A stretch of DNA of 64,000 nt from IMGVR_UViG_3300019458_000020:1-64000, one strand, 5' to 3'. Counted from the stretch's first letter, positions 8,887 to 18,627 are shown. Made by a program: numbers and translations. The notes: generated from the letters alone by a model not told the origin.

Positions 8887-9738
8887 TTACCAAATCCAAT
8901 TCTTTAAACATTCTTCCAACGATTCATGAACTTCTTTCATTTCTAATCCAACACTTTTTAATTTATCGGTATTCAACACCGTATTTGACCTTGGTGCCCT
9001 CACCATCGAATTAAATTGTTCCAAACTTTCGAAATATTGAAATTCCTTTTCTACTTTTAGCGTTTTCTTTATCATTTCTACAACTTCAGTTGTTGTGATT
9101 TCGCCTTTATTGGTTACATTATATATTCCAAACGGAACCTTGTTTTGTAGGGAATCCAAACACACCTTTACGTATTCTTTTTTATTTGATAAGGAATTCT
9201 TAACATTTAAAAGTGTGTTGTATCTTAACAATTTAGAAATGTAGTTTCTTTCATTGTTTCTTTCTTCAAATGGAATTCTCAATCTCCAAATGTATTTATC
9301 AGGCAACTCACTCAACATTTCTTCTCCTAATGCTTTCGTTCCACTGTAAAAACTACATGGTTGATTTTTAAAGGAAAAATTCGGTTCATCTTCCTCGGTA
9401 AATCCTCCATCTTTATATCCATTGTATATACAGCCCGATGAAACATGTCCCAACACTATGTTTTTTCTTGCACATAAAGTGGCTAATATTCTAGGAAATA
9501 CTACATTACCTGATAATGTTTCTGATTTAGCATCCTCACACACATCTACATTTGGTTTTCCGGTGTATCCAGCACAATTGATAATAGTGTCTATTTTAAA
9601 TGTAGATATAAATCTATCAATCTCATCGATATTTGCATCTATTGCAGACATTGGATATGACCCTATTCCACGACCTGCTAATTGTCGTTGAAATTCATGT
9701 CCTATATATCCACTAGACCCAAATAATAAAACTTTCAT
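8887..9738 (-). CDS. NDP-4-keto-6-deoxyglucose 3,5-epimerase/4-reductase (UER1/NRS-ER type, RmlD superfamily)
   Basis: GSSGYIG Rossmann motif; AGYTGKPNVDVCE, SSGCIY, SFYSGTKA and LRIP match the bifunctional type rather than classic RmlD. Confidence 0.8.
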   Translation of the reverse strand: MKVLLFGSSGYIGHEFQRQLAGRGIGSYPMSAIDANIDEIDRFISTFKIDTIINCAGYTGKPNVDVCEDAKSETLSGNVVFPRILATLCARKNIVLGHVSSGCIYNGYKDGGFTEEDEPNFSFKNQPCSFYSGTKALGEEMLSELPDKYIWRLRIPFEERNNERNYISKLLRYNTLLNVKNSLSNKKEYVKVCLDSLQNKVPFGIYNVTNKGEITTTEVVEMIKKTLKVEKEFQYFESLEQFNSMVRAPRSNTVLNTDKLKSVGLEMKEVHESLEECLKNWIW

Positions 9739-10598
9739 ACCAATCTCTCTAAGTAACTTTTATAATCACTTTTTGGTAGGCTTCCTACCGATTCCTTAAA
9801 TTGTTCTTTAGAAATGAAACCATTTACTAAACATGATTCTTCATAACATCCAATCATTATTCCCTGTCTTTCTTGGACAGATTGAATGTATGCTGATGCT
9901 TGAAATAATGTGGCTGGGGTACCGGCATCCAACCATGCTGTTCCTCTTTCCATAATTTTGGCTGTTAGTGTTCCTTCTTGCATATACATTTTTAACAAAT
10001 CCACTATTTCTAACTCCCCTCGTGTGGATGGCCTTAATGTATTAGCAAAATTAGAAGCCATTCCATCAAAATAATACAGACCCGGTATAGCATATTTACT
10101 CTTTGGTTGTATTGGTTTTTCTTCTAAAGAAATAACGTTACCCATTTTATCGAACTCAACTACACCATAAGCTCTTGGATTATTAACTTCGTATCCAAAC
10201 ACCGACGCTCCTTTTGGTGGAGTTATAACATATTTGTATTTATCAGGAGGTTGAATATTTCCATGAAATATGTTATCTCCGAGAATCAAACAGGAGGGTT
10301 TTTCTTCCAAGTAATCCTCAGCAATAATTAATGCCTGAGCTAATCCTTTTGGTTGGTCTTGAATCGCATATTGTATGCACAATCCCCATTTGTTTCCGTT
10401 TCCTAATAAGTTTTTGTAAAAATCAATGTATTGAGGGCTTGTTATCAATAATATCTCTTTTATTCCGTTATTGATTAAAGTGGTCAACGAATAATAGACC
10501 ATCGGTTTATCATATACAGGCAATAGTTGTTTATTAACCATTGTTGTCAATGGATATAATCGAGTTCCTGACCCACCTGATAAGATTATGCCTTTCAT
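9735..10598 (-). CDS. rmlA: Glucose-1-phosphate thymidylyltransferase
   Basis: KGIILSGGSGTRLYPLT, KQLLPVYDKPM, LILGDNIF, EEKP, RGELEI, WLDAGT. Confidence 0.95.
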   Translation of the reverse strand: MKGIILSGGSGTRLYPLTTMVNKQLLPVYDKPMVYYSLTTLINNGIKEILLITSPQYIDFYKNLLGNGNKWGLCIQYAIQDQPKGLAQALIIAEDYLEEKPSCLILGDNIFHGNIQPPDKYKYVITPPKGASVFGYEVNNPRAYGVVEFDKMGNVISLEEKPIQPKSKYAIPGLYYFDGMASNFANTLRPSTRGELEIVDLLKMYMQEGTLTAKIMERGTAWLDAGTPATLFQASAYIQSVQERQGIMIGCYEESCLVNGFISKEQFKESVGSLPKSDYKSYLERLV

Positions 10599-10850
10599 TT
10601 ATTTACTTTGATGATTTTGATTTAAATAATTAACAATTTCATTTACCAATTGATTACATCCTTCTTCGGATTCTAATAAAGCCAGATCGCCGTCGGTGAG
10701 GCCAAATACAAACACCTTTCCGAGAGTCCACACAGCAAGTTCAACATCTGTATCCTTACATGTAATAGAATGACTTCCAGTAAATGATTCCCCCATTGCT
10801 TTCAGGGGAAACGTTTCATTAAGTAGTTTGAATAGATGTCTGGTTTTCAT
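10599..10850 (-). CDS. Hypothetical protein
   Basis: 83-aa ORF abutting the rmlA start. Confidence 0.55.
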   Translation of the reverse strand: MKTRHLFKLLNETFPLKAMGESFTGSHSITCKDTDVELAVWTLGKVFVFGLTDGDLALLESEEGCNQLVNEIVNYLNQNHQSK

Positions 10851-11589
10851 TTTTGTTTAATCTTTCTTTCCAATTCCACACAAGAGGTTTTACAAACATT
10901 ATCTTTTGTGGTGATTTAGTTATTATGTATTCTTTTCCTTCGTCGTATCCATACTTCTCAAGAGCAGCTTTTGGGTCTTTTCTTGCTAATTCTCCCCTAG
11001 CTCCTGTTTCCTTTTTCCATAAACCCAATGGGCCTTTTCTAATAGAATTTCCTGATGTCTTTCCTACTTCTATCCAATTAGATGCACGGTATATCGCACC
11101 GTTTCTTAATTTCTCTCCATTATATTGTTCTACTCGTTCCGGTTGAACATAGGTTTCTATCATCAGTAACGGTTGATTATACTTCTCTTTCCATCTTTTT
11201 GCACCTTGTATGGATAATTGTTTTAAAACCATACTTCCGGTATTTTTTATGGTTATATTCTTTTGAATGAAACAACAACGAGAATTGTTTGCTAACATTC
11301 CTAAATTCTTGATTCTAGTTTCTTTATCCCATCCGATATAGTCATCTCGACAGGATATAGCAATAGTTGCAGAAGATAAGCCGATGGCTCCTATGTGATT
11401 ACCGGATTGAGTTTCGTAGATTAACCATCGTATGTTTCTGGTAGGGGAATCAGTATATTTTACGTAAGAATGGTATTTATCAATAGTTTCTCTGAATAAT
11501 TTGTTCTGTTCCGGAGAGGAACATTCTACTAAAAATACCGGCGTTTTTACAGTATCAGAGTAATCAAATATGGACAAAGAAAAAGACAT
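10819..11589 (-). CDS. DUF4338/DruA-like protein (Mom-like GNAT superfamily)
   Basis: YHSY, RNIRWLI, GAIGLSSA, RDDYIGWD, NNSR, W...Y....LMIETYV, GAIYRASNW..VG.T.G. Confidence 0.75.
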   Translation of the reverse strand: MSFSLSIFDYSDTVKTPVFLVECSSPEQNKLFRETIDKYHSYVKYTDSPTRNIRWLIYETQSGNHIGAIGLSSATIAISCRDDYIGWDKETRIKNLGMLANNSRCCFIQKNITIKNTGSMVLKQLSIQGAKRWKEKYNQPLLMIETYVQPERVEQYNGEKLRNGAIYRASNWIEVGKTSGNSIRKGPLGLWKKETGARGELARKDPKAALEKYGYDEGKEYIITKSPQKIMFVKPLVWNWKERLNKNENQTSIQTT

Positions 11590-11645
11590 ACATATAACCG
11601 TTTCTACGTTAATATGTATGTCCGAAAAACTAAAAACGTTTTATT

Positions 11646-12326
11646 TTAAACCGTAACTATTCCGCTATTTACTCTTAACATTGGGCATTTTGATAAACAA
11701 AGACGGGTGGTATCTATCATATATTGGTCTTTAGATATAGCTGCCAATTCAATAGAAGGGTCGCTCATACGAACATCTTCCCATTCTAATCTATAATCTG
11801 ATTTATATCTTACCAATGGGTCGTTCTTTGCTTCTTCTGCATTAGGGGCGTCATCAAATACTTGTTCTCCCATAAAACCTCTATGGAATTTAGAAAGGTG
11901 GAGAACCCAACCCTCCCAATTTTTATGAAGCCAATCTGCTTCATTTGGAAATCTTACATCCGAAACGAAAAATACCTTTTGAGATTTGGGGGAATCGTTC
12001 TGATGTTTTTTATATTCGGCCCTTAACACATCATCAACTTTCTTAATCCATATATCCGGGTCAACATTTTCTCTCATTCCACATCCTATCCACACCAAAC
12101 CCGGTCGAATGACTTTTTTCTCGTCAGTATTATCGGTAAAAGCCGAGATACCAAACAATTGTTGACAAACGGGGTCTGCTAATTTTTTTAATTCATCGGC
12201 AAAAGCAAGTTTTCTAACTTCATAACCTTCTTCCTGTAAAATTGATGATGCAATTTTACAAAAAGTATCCTTACCACATCTAGCATATCCAGAAATCCCT
12301 ATAACTGTAAAATTTTTGTTACTCAT
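11646..12326 (-). CDS. Deoxynucleoside monophosphate kinase (T4 gp1-like)
   Basis: GISGYARCGKDT P-loop, AFADELK, DIWIK, SDVRFPNEA. Confidence 0.85.
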   Translation of the reverse strand: MSNKNFTVIGISGYARCGKDTFCKIASSILQEEGYEVRKLAFADELKKLADPVCQQLFGISAFTDNTDEKKVIRPGLVWIGCGMRENVDPDIWIKKVDDVLRAEYKKHQNDSPKSQKVFFVSDVRFPNEADWLHKNWEGWVLHLSKFHRGFMGEQVFDDAPNAEEAKNDPLVRYKSDYRLEWEDVRMSDPSIELAAISKDQYMIDTTRLCLSKCPMLRVNSGIVTV

Positions 12327-12338
12327 AATAATTTCCTT

Positions 12339-12866
12339 TCAACTTTCTCCATTTAATAAAACATTTTCTATTTCTTTGTCGTTTAATCCATATCCTTGGC
12401 AAATATTAACCAATTCTTCCATTCCGCCTTCAAGATTTATTAACATAAATACATATTCATTCGCACGATCGACAGAAATATCAAATTTTTTAGAAACTAA
12501 ATTCAATAATTCTTTGTTAAACTTGTCTTTTTTCGATTTTACCCACGGATAAAATTTTCTATCAGGTTGAACCAATGTAATTAACAGTGTATAGAATTGT
12601 TCCGATGGAATAATATCGAAATATTTGAATAACCATGCCATATCTTCGATGTAATTTGGATTCATGGATATTGCTCTCAGAAGCATGAAGTGAGAAAAAT
12701 TCTTCTTATCGAATTCTGATAAATTTTTATAATAGTTCGGGTCTTGGATTTCCTTAATTTGTTTGACGTGTTCAAACAAACTCACGGGCTTAATCTTTTC
12801 CATCGACTGGTCTTCCGAATCTTGACAATCTTTCGATTTTTTGGGCTCTTTGAGCTTTCTTTTCAT
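12339..12866 (-). CDS. Clamp loader small subunit (T4 gp62-like), putative
   Basis: SLFEH...I, F..FML.R.ISM, QFY..L.......KFYPWVK.KK pattern. Alternative start at ATG 12803. Confidence 0.6.
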   Translation of the reverse strand: MKRKLKEPKKSKDCQDSEDQSMEKIKPVSLFEHVKQIKEIQDPNYYKNLSEFDKKNFSHFMLLRAISMNPNYIEDMAWLFKYFDIIPSEQFYTLLITLVQPDRKFYPWVKSKKDKFNKELLNLVSKKFDISVDRANEYVFMLINLEGGMEELVNICQGYGLNDKEIENVLLNGES

Positions 12867-13059
12867 ACAATGTTAATTTTGATAACAATCCTGCTTGTGT
12901 AGATTGTAATGTATTTTGGTTTTTTGATAGTATAACGACATTCTCTTCCGATTTAGTTACTCTATTTTTTAACCAACGATATCTTTTTTCACAAAAAACT
13001 ATATATCCTGATACCAAAGAAACCACCAACAGTATAATTAGATATGTTATTATAGACAT
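12790..13059 (-). CDS. Hypothetical membrane-anchored coiled-coil protein
   Basis: N-terminal hydrophobic helix followed by a heptad-like segment. Confidence 0.55.
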   Translation of the reverse strand: MSIITYLIILLVVSLVSGYIVFCEKRYRWLKNRVTKSEENVVILSKNQNTLQSTQAGLLSKLTLYEKKAQRAQKIERLSRFGRPVDGKD

Positions 13060-13103
13060 GATTATGATTATAATAGTTTATCGACAAACAATCTCAATAT
13101 TTT

Positions 13104-14312
13104 TTAACGTCCCACATCGTTAAAATATATCTGTCTAGCTTTTTCATAGGACATTCCACTCATATCTCCATAAAAGAGTTTCGTAGAGTTGAGCGGACCT
13201 GATGATTTTAATTTCTTATATCGTTCTATGGCTTTTGGTCGCCACCAATCCAATATGGCTTTTGTATCATACTGAAACAGTGGTTTCAAAATCAAATCCT
13301 TTTCTTCGATTTTATTTGATAGAAATTCTTTTGTGTTTTCGTAAAAACAAGAATAATATACACCCCGCTCAAATCCATGAACATAGTTAGATGATTTGAT
13401 TTGAGCAGAATCGAATATCATATTTATGACTCTTAATTTAGCTCCTGTAACAGGACCAGAAACATCTTCCTTCTGTGTCATCTTTTTCTCATATTCAGAT
13501 GATTTGTTTATCTTAATCCAATCATGCCACTTCTTATAAATTTTTTCTTCAGGTTGAATGGCAATCTTGCCGGCCGACGTTCCGCATTTATGCCACCATT
13601 TTAAACTATTATACATGGAGAATGAACCATAAAGGCTTGTCGTCGTCATTCCTACTAAAACAGAATCATACGTCCGTTTCCAAGCATCTCTGACTACTTT
13701 GGAAACTACCATTGCAGCGGATAACTTTCCTCCTAAGAATGGATAACCAAATGGTTGAGTAGAAACAATCGTTGTTCCAATTGCTGAATTAACTAATTTT
13801 CCTTCCTTGAGTTTATTATCCATTGACCATCCAATATAATTGTCTCTATCTCCAATGGAAATTACATCACTGGCAATTGAACATATTCCTAAGATTCTTG
13901 GATTATCAAGATTTCCATCATGGATCCAAAACTTCATAAATCTACCAGGTGCCTGATTAAATTCGGCAGAACTACAAAAATAACGAAGTGTGGTCCACAT
14001 TTTGTCATCTTCTTCGTTATCTATCAATTGAATTGTTGGAACCATGTTTTCAATTTCTTTTATGGTTCGTTCTTCATCCATGATATCTTCTGGTGCCCAT
14101 ATTTTTGCCTTGGCTACGCCAGCACGATTAAGGTGAGAATTCATAGCCTTTCTATCAGATATTTCTTCCCATTTTTTTCGAAAAGTAAATTCCTCAACAC
14201 TCAATGATTTAAGATAATCCATATTTTCTATCAACTTCCTTGTTTCTACATTAAGGTTAAATGAAGCTTGGGATGGTGCTGACTCAAAAAATATATCCGA
14301 TGTATCTGCCAT
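13104..14312 (-). CDS. DUF4338/DruA-like protein (long form)
   Basis: PGRFMKF, LGICSIASD, RDNYIGW, IVSTQPFG..FLGGKL, W...Y...LVGMTTTSLYG, W...G.SAG. Confidence 0.8.
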   Translation of the reverse strand: MADTSDIFFESAPSQASFNLNVETRKLIENMDYLKSLSVEEFTFRKKWEEISDRKAMNSHLNRAGVAKAKIWAPEDIMDEERTIKEIENMVPTIQLIDNEEDDKMWTTLRYFCSSAEFNQAPGRFMKFWIHDGNLDNPRILGICSIASDVISIGDRDNYIGWSMDNKLKEGKLVNSAIGTTIVSTQPFGYPFLGGKLSAAMVVSKVVRDAWKRTYDSVLVGMTTTSLYGSFSMYNSLKWWHKCGTSAGKIAIQPEEKIYKKWHDWIKINKSSEYEKKMTQKEDVSGPVTGAKLRVINMIFDSAQIKSSNYVHGFERGVYYSCFYENTKEFLSNKIEEKDLILKPLFQYDTKAILDWWRPKAIERYKKLKSSGPLNSTKLFYGDMSGMSYEKARQIYFNDVGR

Positions 14313-14317
14313 AAGGA

Positions 14318-14346
14318 ATTTTATCTCTATAAAAAGAGAAAGTCAA
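14318..14346 (-). promoter_or_regulatory. Sigma70-type promoter, probably giving a leaderless transcript
   Basis: TTGACT-17 nt-TAAAAT, then 5 nt to ATG 14312. Confidence 0.8.
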
Positions 14347-14356
14347 CATATCATAC

Positions 14357-14364
14357 TATTTATT
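14357..14364 (+). promoter_or_regulatory. TATTTATW putative late promoter
   Basis: TATTTATT 4 nt before ATG 14369. Confidence 0.55.
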
Positions 14365-14368
14365 ATAT

Positions 14369-14659
14369 ATGCAATTCAAAAAAATAAATCCGGCGATGTT
14401 GGTGTATCATTACTTTCAAAGATCGCCCAGTGAATTTGTTTTATTTGATGATGAAATGGATTTACCTATTATTTACGGTAGTCGAAATCTCGTCGATTCT
14501 ACCGTTAGGAAACTTTCCTCTTCTGTAACGATTATTTATTACAAAAGAGATAATTCTGAGAAGGCCGCATTTAAGAGAAACGTTATATACAAAGGTAAAA
14601 AACCAGAACCTTCACTGAAGCCAACCATTGAAGTTGAAAGGGTAAAACCTAGCCCTTAA
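14369..14659 (+). CDS. Hypothetical protein
   Basis: 96-aa ORF with an upstream TATTTATT motif. Confidence 0.6.
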   Translation: MQFKKINPAMLVYHYFQRSPSEFVLFDDEMDLPIIYGSRNLVDSTVRKLSSSVTIIYYKRDNSEKAAFKRNVIYKGKKPEPSLKPTIEVERVKPSP

Positions 14660-14823
14660 AGTTCTAACAAAATATCGAATTCACACTTACTGAATCGTTC
14701 TTCATCCATGAAAGCTATTTCCGTATCGATTTCATCTTCATCAAGACTTACTTTGACGACCTTCTTGGTTTTTAGATCGAAAACCCCACATATATGAACC
14801 GGTATTTTTTTTGATTTCGGCAT
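14656..14823 (-). CDS. Small hypothetical protein (55 aa, below the ORF-track cutoff)
   Basis: MPKSKKIPVHICGVFDLKTKKVVKVSLDEDEIDTEIAFMDEERFSKCEFDILLEL; fills the gap and shares a TTAA stop overlap with the convergent gene. Confidence 0.6.
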   Translation of the reverse strand: MPKSKKIPVHICGVFDLKTKKVVKVSLDEDEIDTEIAFMDEERFSKCEFDILLEL

Positions 14824-14855
14824 ATATGTGGGGAATTTTCGTTCACCGATGATTA

Positions 14856-15290
14856 TTACACGGTGACAGGCTTTGTGACGGAAACAACCGGCGTAGGAGT
14901 TGTTGGAGCCGGAGCCGGAGTCGAAACGGGGGCCACGGTCATAACATTGACGAGCTTCGTTTGGTCATCTAATTGAATTCCGGCAGACTTGGCAGAATCC
15001 AAAACCGATTGAAGAACGGGACGCATAGCGAACACCAAACAAGGACGGCCTTTGCCTGGATTGGTTGTGCCAATGACGCCGACCGTCTTTTCACTGTCGA
15101 TTGCCTTCTTTAGTCGAACACGAAGAGTAATCGGTACGAAATCAGGGTTTAAATTAAAAAGGTCTTTTATCGTAAAATAAACCGAAGCCGAAGGCCAGAC
15201 GACCGTGAGGTTCGTGTTATTTTTTCTTTGTGTCTTCTTCGTCGCGGGAGAAGACGTTACTGTGTTTGTTGTGTTTGTTGTATCATTCAT
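14856..15290 (-). CDS. Putative winged-helix DNA-binding protein with a Pro/Thr-rich tail
   Basis: FTIKDL...ITLRVRL.. helices followed by a GKGRP wing-like motif; has its own promoter. Confidence 0.5.
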   Translation of the reverse strand: MNDTTNTTNTVTSSPATKKTQRKNNTNLTVVWPSASVYFTIKDLFNLNPDFVPITLRVRLKKAIDSEKTVGVIGTTNPGKGRPCLVFAMRPVLQSVLDSAKSAGIQLDDQTKLVNVMTVAPVSTPAPAPTTPTPVVSVTKPVTV

Positions 15291-15339
15291 AATGTGTTTT
15301 TATACTTTTTCTGTATTCCTCCTGTGGAATTACAGGTTT

Positions 15340-15368
15340 ACTTTAACGTAAACAAATAAAATTGTCAA
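15340..15368 (-). promoter_or_regulatory. Sigma70-type promoter
   Basis: TTGACA-17 nt-TAAAGT upstream of 15290. Confidence 0.75.
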
Positions 15369-15378
15369 CCCATTTTTT

Positions 15379-17649
15379 TCATACCTTCTTTAAAAAAAGT
15401 CCGTTCATCGTTTTTGCAATCTGCCCAACCTGCGTAACATCAATCATACTAGCGTCTTTTCCATACATTGAACGGAATTGTTTTTCCGTTGTTTGGGTCG
15501 CCATTCCTAAAAATCCACCGAAAGCATTTACACTTTTATAATCCGATTCTATAAAATAACTCAGTATTTTAATACCATGTGACCGCATAATATTAACCTG
15601 ACGTTTGGTGTGTTTCACAGCTTCTTCACCACCATAAGAAAATCCTTTTCCACCGCCGCGGTCATAAAAACAATAACACGGTTCACCGTCTGAAATGTTT
15701 ACGAAGTAATGGTCTTCTCCATTGGATCGTTTATTTATTACACAATCCGTCATGATTGCTTCAAAGGCCAATCCTTCAGGAGTTGCACCACCAGCTTTCA
15801 AAAATGGAAAAATCTGGCGTATCTTACTTGGTTTATCAACTTCTGAATCATATATGATAACAATATATGGAAGACTTGCCTTATCCATATCATGTGTTGT
15901 ACGAAGAGAAACCGACACATGTAAATTTTGAATCATCGAACATGCTTGACACAATGCTGCCAACAGTGTCATCGTAGGCAACCATTTTGTACTACAATCC
16001 ATCGAACCACTGGCATCCACCGAAATATGAAGTTTGGCTGTATTAAACTGGTCCATCTGAATCTTATAAAAGAGATTTTCTACTCCTGCACCAAACTCCG
16101 CTATAATTCTTTTTTCTAATTTACCGGAAGAGCGTCTAATATATTTAATGATGTTGGTTTCATTTCTGATTTGAAGTTTTCTTCCCAATCTTTTACCCAT
16201 AGCAATACCCTTCATTATTGCTTCCAAATTTTCTTTATTAGGTTCAATTCCACCTAATGCTATTCCGGGAGATTCTTCATGTGTAGAAAGAGGAAAGATT
16301 TCCTTTCCAGAAAACAATAACGATTTTGTCAGATTTTTTACAACGATACAATCGACTTTTCTTATGACTCCTTCAGAATTTTCTGGACTAAAATGAGCAT
16401 GAGAAATATGAATTCCTGATTGTTCAACGATTTCTAAAATCTTAGCTCTTTCGGCCGTCAAGGTTTCCTTTACCGAATCAAAATCATTCATTAACATTTC
16501 TTTCGTCTGTTCAAAATGTTTTTGAATTTTATCTCGTTGTGATGGGGTGAATTCACTTAAATCACCACGAGGGTCATCTTCCGTAGTCTTACCATCTTCA
16601 ATTTTTTCGGCTTGAGTAGGCATGCCTCCCAATACGTCCTCAATTGATTCAGATTCCGACTCTGCCAACTTTTCTTTTTCAGATGATGGTTCACCGGTTT
16701 TTTCTTCTTTATTTTCGGAATGTTCTCCGGATTTGCTTATTTGTGTCGCGGACGGATCATCTTTATTCCCATCAGGTTCATTAGATGGTTCATTAGAATT
16801 ACCACTCAACACATTTTTTATCTGCTTAATTGTAGAATTGGCTCCACCACCGTTATTGGCTTCTTTTTTCTTTTTATCGATTGCATCTAATATCATTTCG
16901 ACAATTTTGAATGAGAGAGTCATTCTATCCGATGTAGTCTTTTCTCTTAAAATGGTTGATATATCGAATAAAGCATTTATCTTTCTTAATTCCGGCAAGG
17001 CATCTAAATCAGTCGCGGGATTGGTCAAATATATGATTCTATATTCGTAGGATTCCAAATTATTGAGACGATATCCCTTCGATTTAAGCGTTGCACTTAT
17101 TGCTTTGGAATTCCAAAGCTTATCATACAATGCTTTATAATATCCTCGGTATCCGGGACATGTTTTGAAGGCATAGGCATCAATATATCTGTCTTCGACA
17201 ACATTGAACATCATTTTACAAAAGTGAGCTACTTCTTCTTTTGTGACTCGCTTTTCTTTGCCCTTCTTATACAGTTCCGATGGAATCTTATTCCAAATAG
17301 ACCTAAATATATTAAAATCCGTTTTAACGATGTGCATTGATTCGTGTAATGCTAATCCGACACACCAATCAAAGTCGGATTTTTTTCTAACGGAAGCTGA
17401 CAAAAAAACAGTTTTTCCATCGGTTGCTCCGGTACTTCCGGCAGGTAAATATTTAACAGGTATGGATGGGTTTGTAGCAATGGATACAAAGTTAGAAATG
17501 ACTTTTCGATACGATGCCAATAAAATTAAATCCATTGTAAATAACTTACCCTCAGTTGTGGTTTCTTTATCATGATTTATATAATCATCGATAGACGTGC
17601 CGTCCAACCAGAAATCGGAATAACACGTATCTTTATCTACAACATCCAT
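15379..17649 (-). CDS. VWA-domain protein with N-terminal HExxH metallopeptidase-like domain (CobT-like MoxR partner)
   Basis: ATDGK, GLALHESMH, NVVEDRYID; acidic linker; MIDAS VDASGSM, GATPEG, ISDGEP. Confidence 0.85.
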   Translation of the reverse strand: MDVVDKDTCYSDFWLDGTSIDDYINHDKETTTEGKLFTMDLILLASYRKVISNFVSIATNPSIPVKYLPAGSTGATDGKTVFLSASVRKKSDFDWCVGLALHESMHIVKTDFNIFRSIWNKIPSELYKKGKEKRVTKEEVAHFCKMMFNVVEDRYIDAYAFKTCPGYRGYYKALYDKLWNSKAISATLKSKGYRLNNLESYEYRIIYLTNPATDLDALPELRKINALFDISTILREKTTSDRMTLSFKIVEMILDAIDKKKKEANNGGGANSTIKQIKNVLSGNSNEPSNEPDGNKDDPSATQISKSGEHSENKEEKTGEPSSEKEKLAESESESIEDVLGGMPTQAEKIEDGKTTEDDPRGDLSEFTPSQRDKIQKHFEQTKEMLMNDFDSVKETLTAERAKILEIVEQSGIHISHAHFSPENSEGVIRKVDCIVVKNLTKSLLFSGKEIFPLSTHEESPGIALGGIEPNKENLEAIMKGIAMGKRLGRKLQIRNETNIIKYIRRSSGKLEKRIIAEFGAGVENLFYKIQMDQFNTAKLHISVDASGSMDCSTKWLPTMTLLAALCQACSMIQNLHVSVSLRTTHDMDKASLPYIVIIYDSEVDKPSKIRQIFPFLKAGGATPEGLAFEAIMTDCVINKRSNGEDHYFVNISDGEPCYCFYDRGGGKGFSYGGEEAVKHTKRQVNIMRSHGIKILSYFIESDYKSVNAFGGFLGMATQTTEKQFRSMYGKDASMIDVTQVGQIAKTMNGLFLKKV

Positions 17650-17652
17650 AAT

Positions 17653-18627
17653 TTAGAATTTATGGGTTTTTAACCCTCCCTTTTTTCCCTTGATAGGATT
17701 AGGTGCGGCAGAAGCATTGGTATCAATATATTTCTGAACCAATTGTTTGATATAAAGTCTTTCGGATTCCGTTCCGCCATCTTTATCAAACATTGGATAG
17801 ATGGATAATTCTGCTAACTCTTTAAGAGAAAATCCGTCAATAACCATCTGAGCCATTTCAATAACAATACCGGTGGGAATGAATCGGGAAATAGGAGCGT
17901 CGTCTAATTTAGCCTGTTTCTTTGTATCATGTGAAATATTACAAATATCATTGAAGTAGTCCTTGTTTTCTTCAAAATCATTTTCAAATAAAATTTTCAA
18001 TAACTTCATCTCTCCGTCAAAATCCAACGGTTCCATTTCAACGATGACCGGAAATCGACGAGACGTGGCTTCATCGATGACTTTCGTTGCGGTATATTGT
18101 AATCCTATGTTTGTAGTAGAAACAAACGTAATACTGGTAGGAATCTTGATGATTGAGGATTCTACTGATTCATCCAACCGTAAATATCTTTGTGTAGAAT
18201 CCAAGACCGGCATCAATATATTCCAAGCATCATGATGTCCACGAGAAAGTTCATCTAGTAGAATTACTGCATTCTCAGTTTGTATTGCTCTAACAAATTC
18301 CGATGGATTAAATATCGTTCCTTGCTCTTTTTTGAATGTGGTATTTCCAATAAGTGTTGCCCGGGCATCTTGTGTAGAACCAAGATTGAAATAGAAGAAG
18401 GGTCTATTCAATGCTTTTGCGACGGATTGAGCGGCTTTGGTTTTTCCGCATCTTGTCGGTCCTACTATTAAAACGTTTCGACCTCGTAACACTGCCCATA
18501 CCAAACCCTTCCATTGTGTTTCGTCTATAATCAAATCCTTTGGAATTAAAGACTTGGAATCAGTAAGCATTTGCGTAACATCTACGTTTGACATATCGTT
18601 GAGAATGGAGTTTTTCATTACCTCCAT
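17653..18627 (-). CDS. MoxR/CobS-like AAA+ ATPase
   Basis: GPTRCGKT Walker A, ILLDELSR Walker B, TTN sensor, DEATSRRF arginine finger. The true start may be ATG 18618. Confidence 0.9.
   Translation of the reverse strand: MEVMKNSILNDMSNVDVTQMLTDSKSLIPKDLIIDETQWKGLVWAVLRGRNVLIVGPTRCGKTKAAQSVAKALNRPFFYFNLGSTQDARATLIGNTTFKKEQGTIFNPSEFVRAIQTENAVILLDELSRGHHDAWNILMPVLDSTQRYLRLDESVESSIIKIPTSITFVSTTNIGLQYTATKVIDEATSRRFPVIVEMEPLDFDGEMKLLKILFENDFEENKDYFNDICNISHDTKKQAKLDDAPISRFIPTGIVIEMAQMVIDGFSLKELAELSIYPMFDKDGGTESERLYIKQLVQKYIDTNASAAPNPIKGKKGGLKTHKF

Noticed and set aside
10819-14312. Complete Druantia defence system
   Set aside because: Only DruA-like genes are present; there is no DruE helicase or other Dru components in the window.
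15379-18627. Cobaltochelatase for B12 synthesis serving NrdJ
   Set aside because: No CobN or other cob genes are present; the pair fits the generic MoxR-VWA chaperone class.
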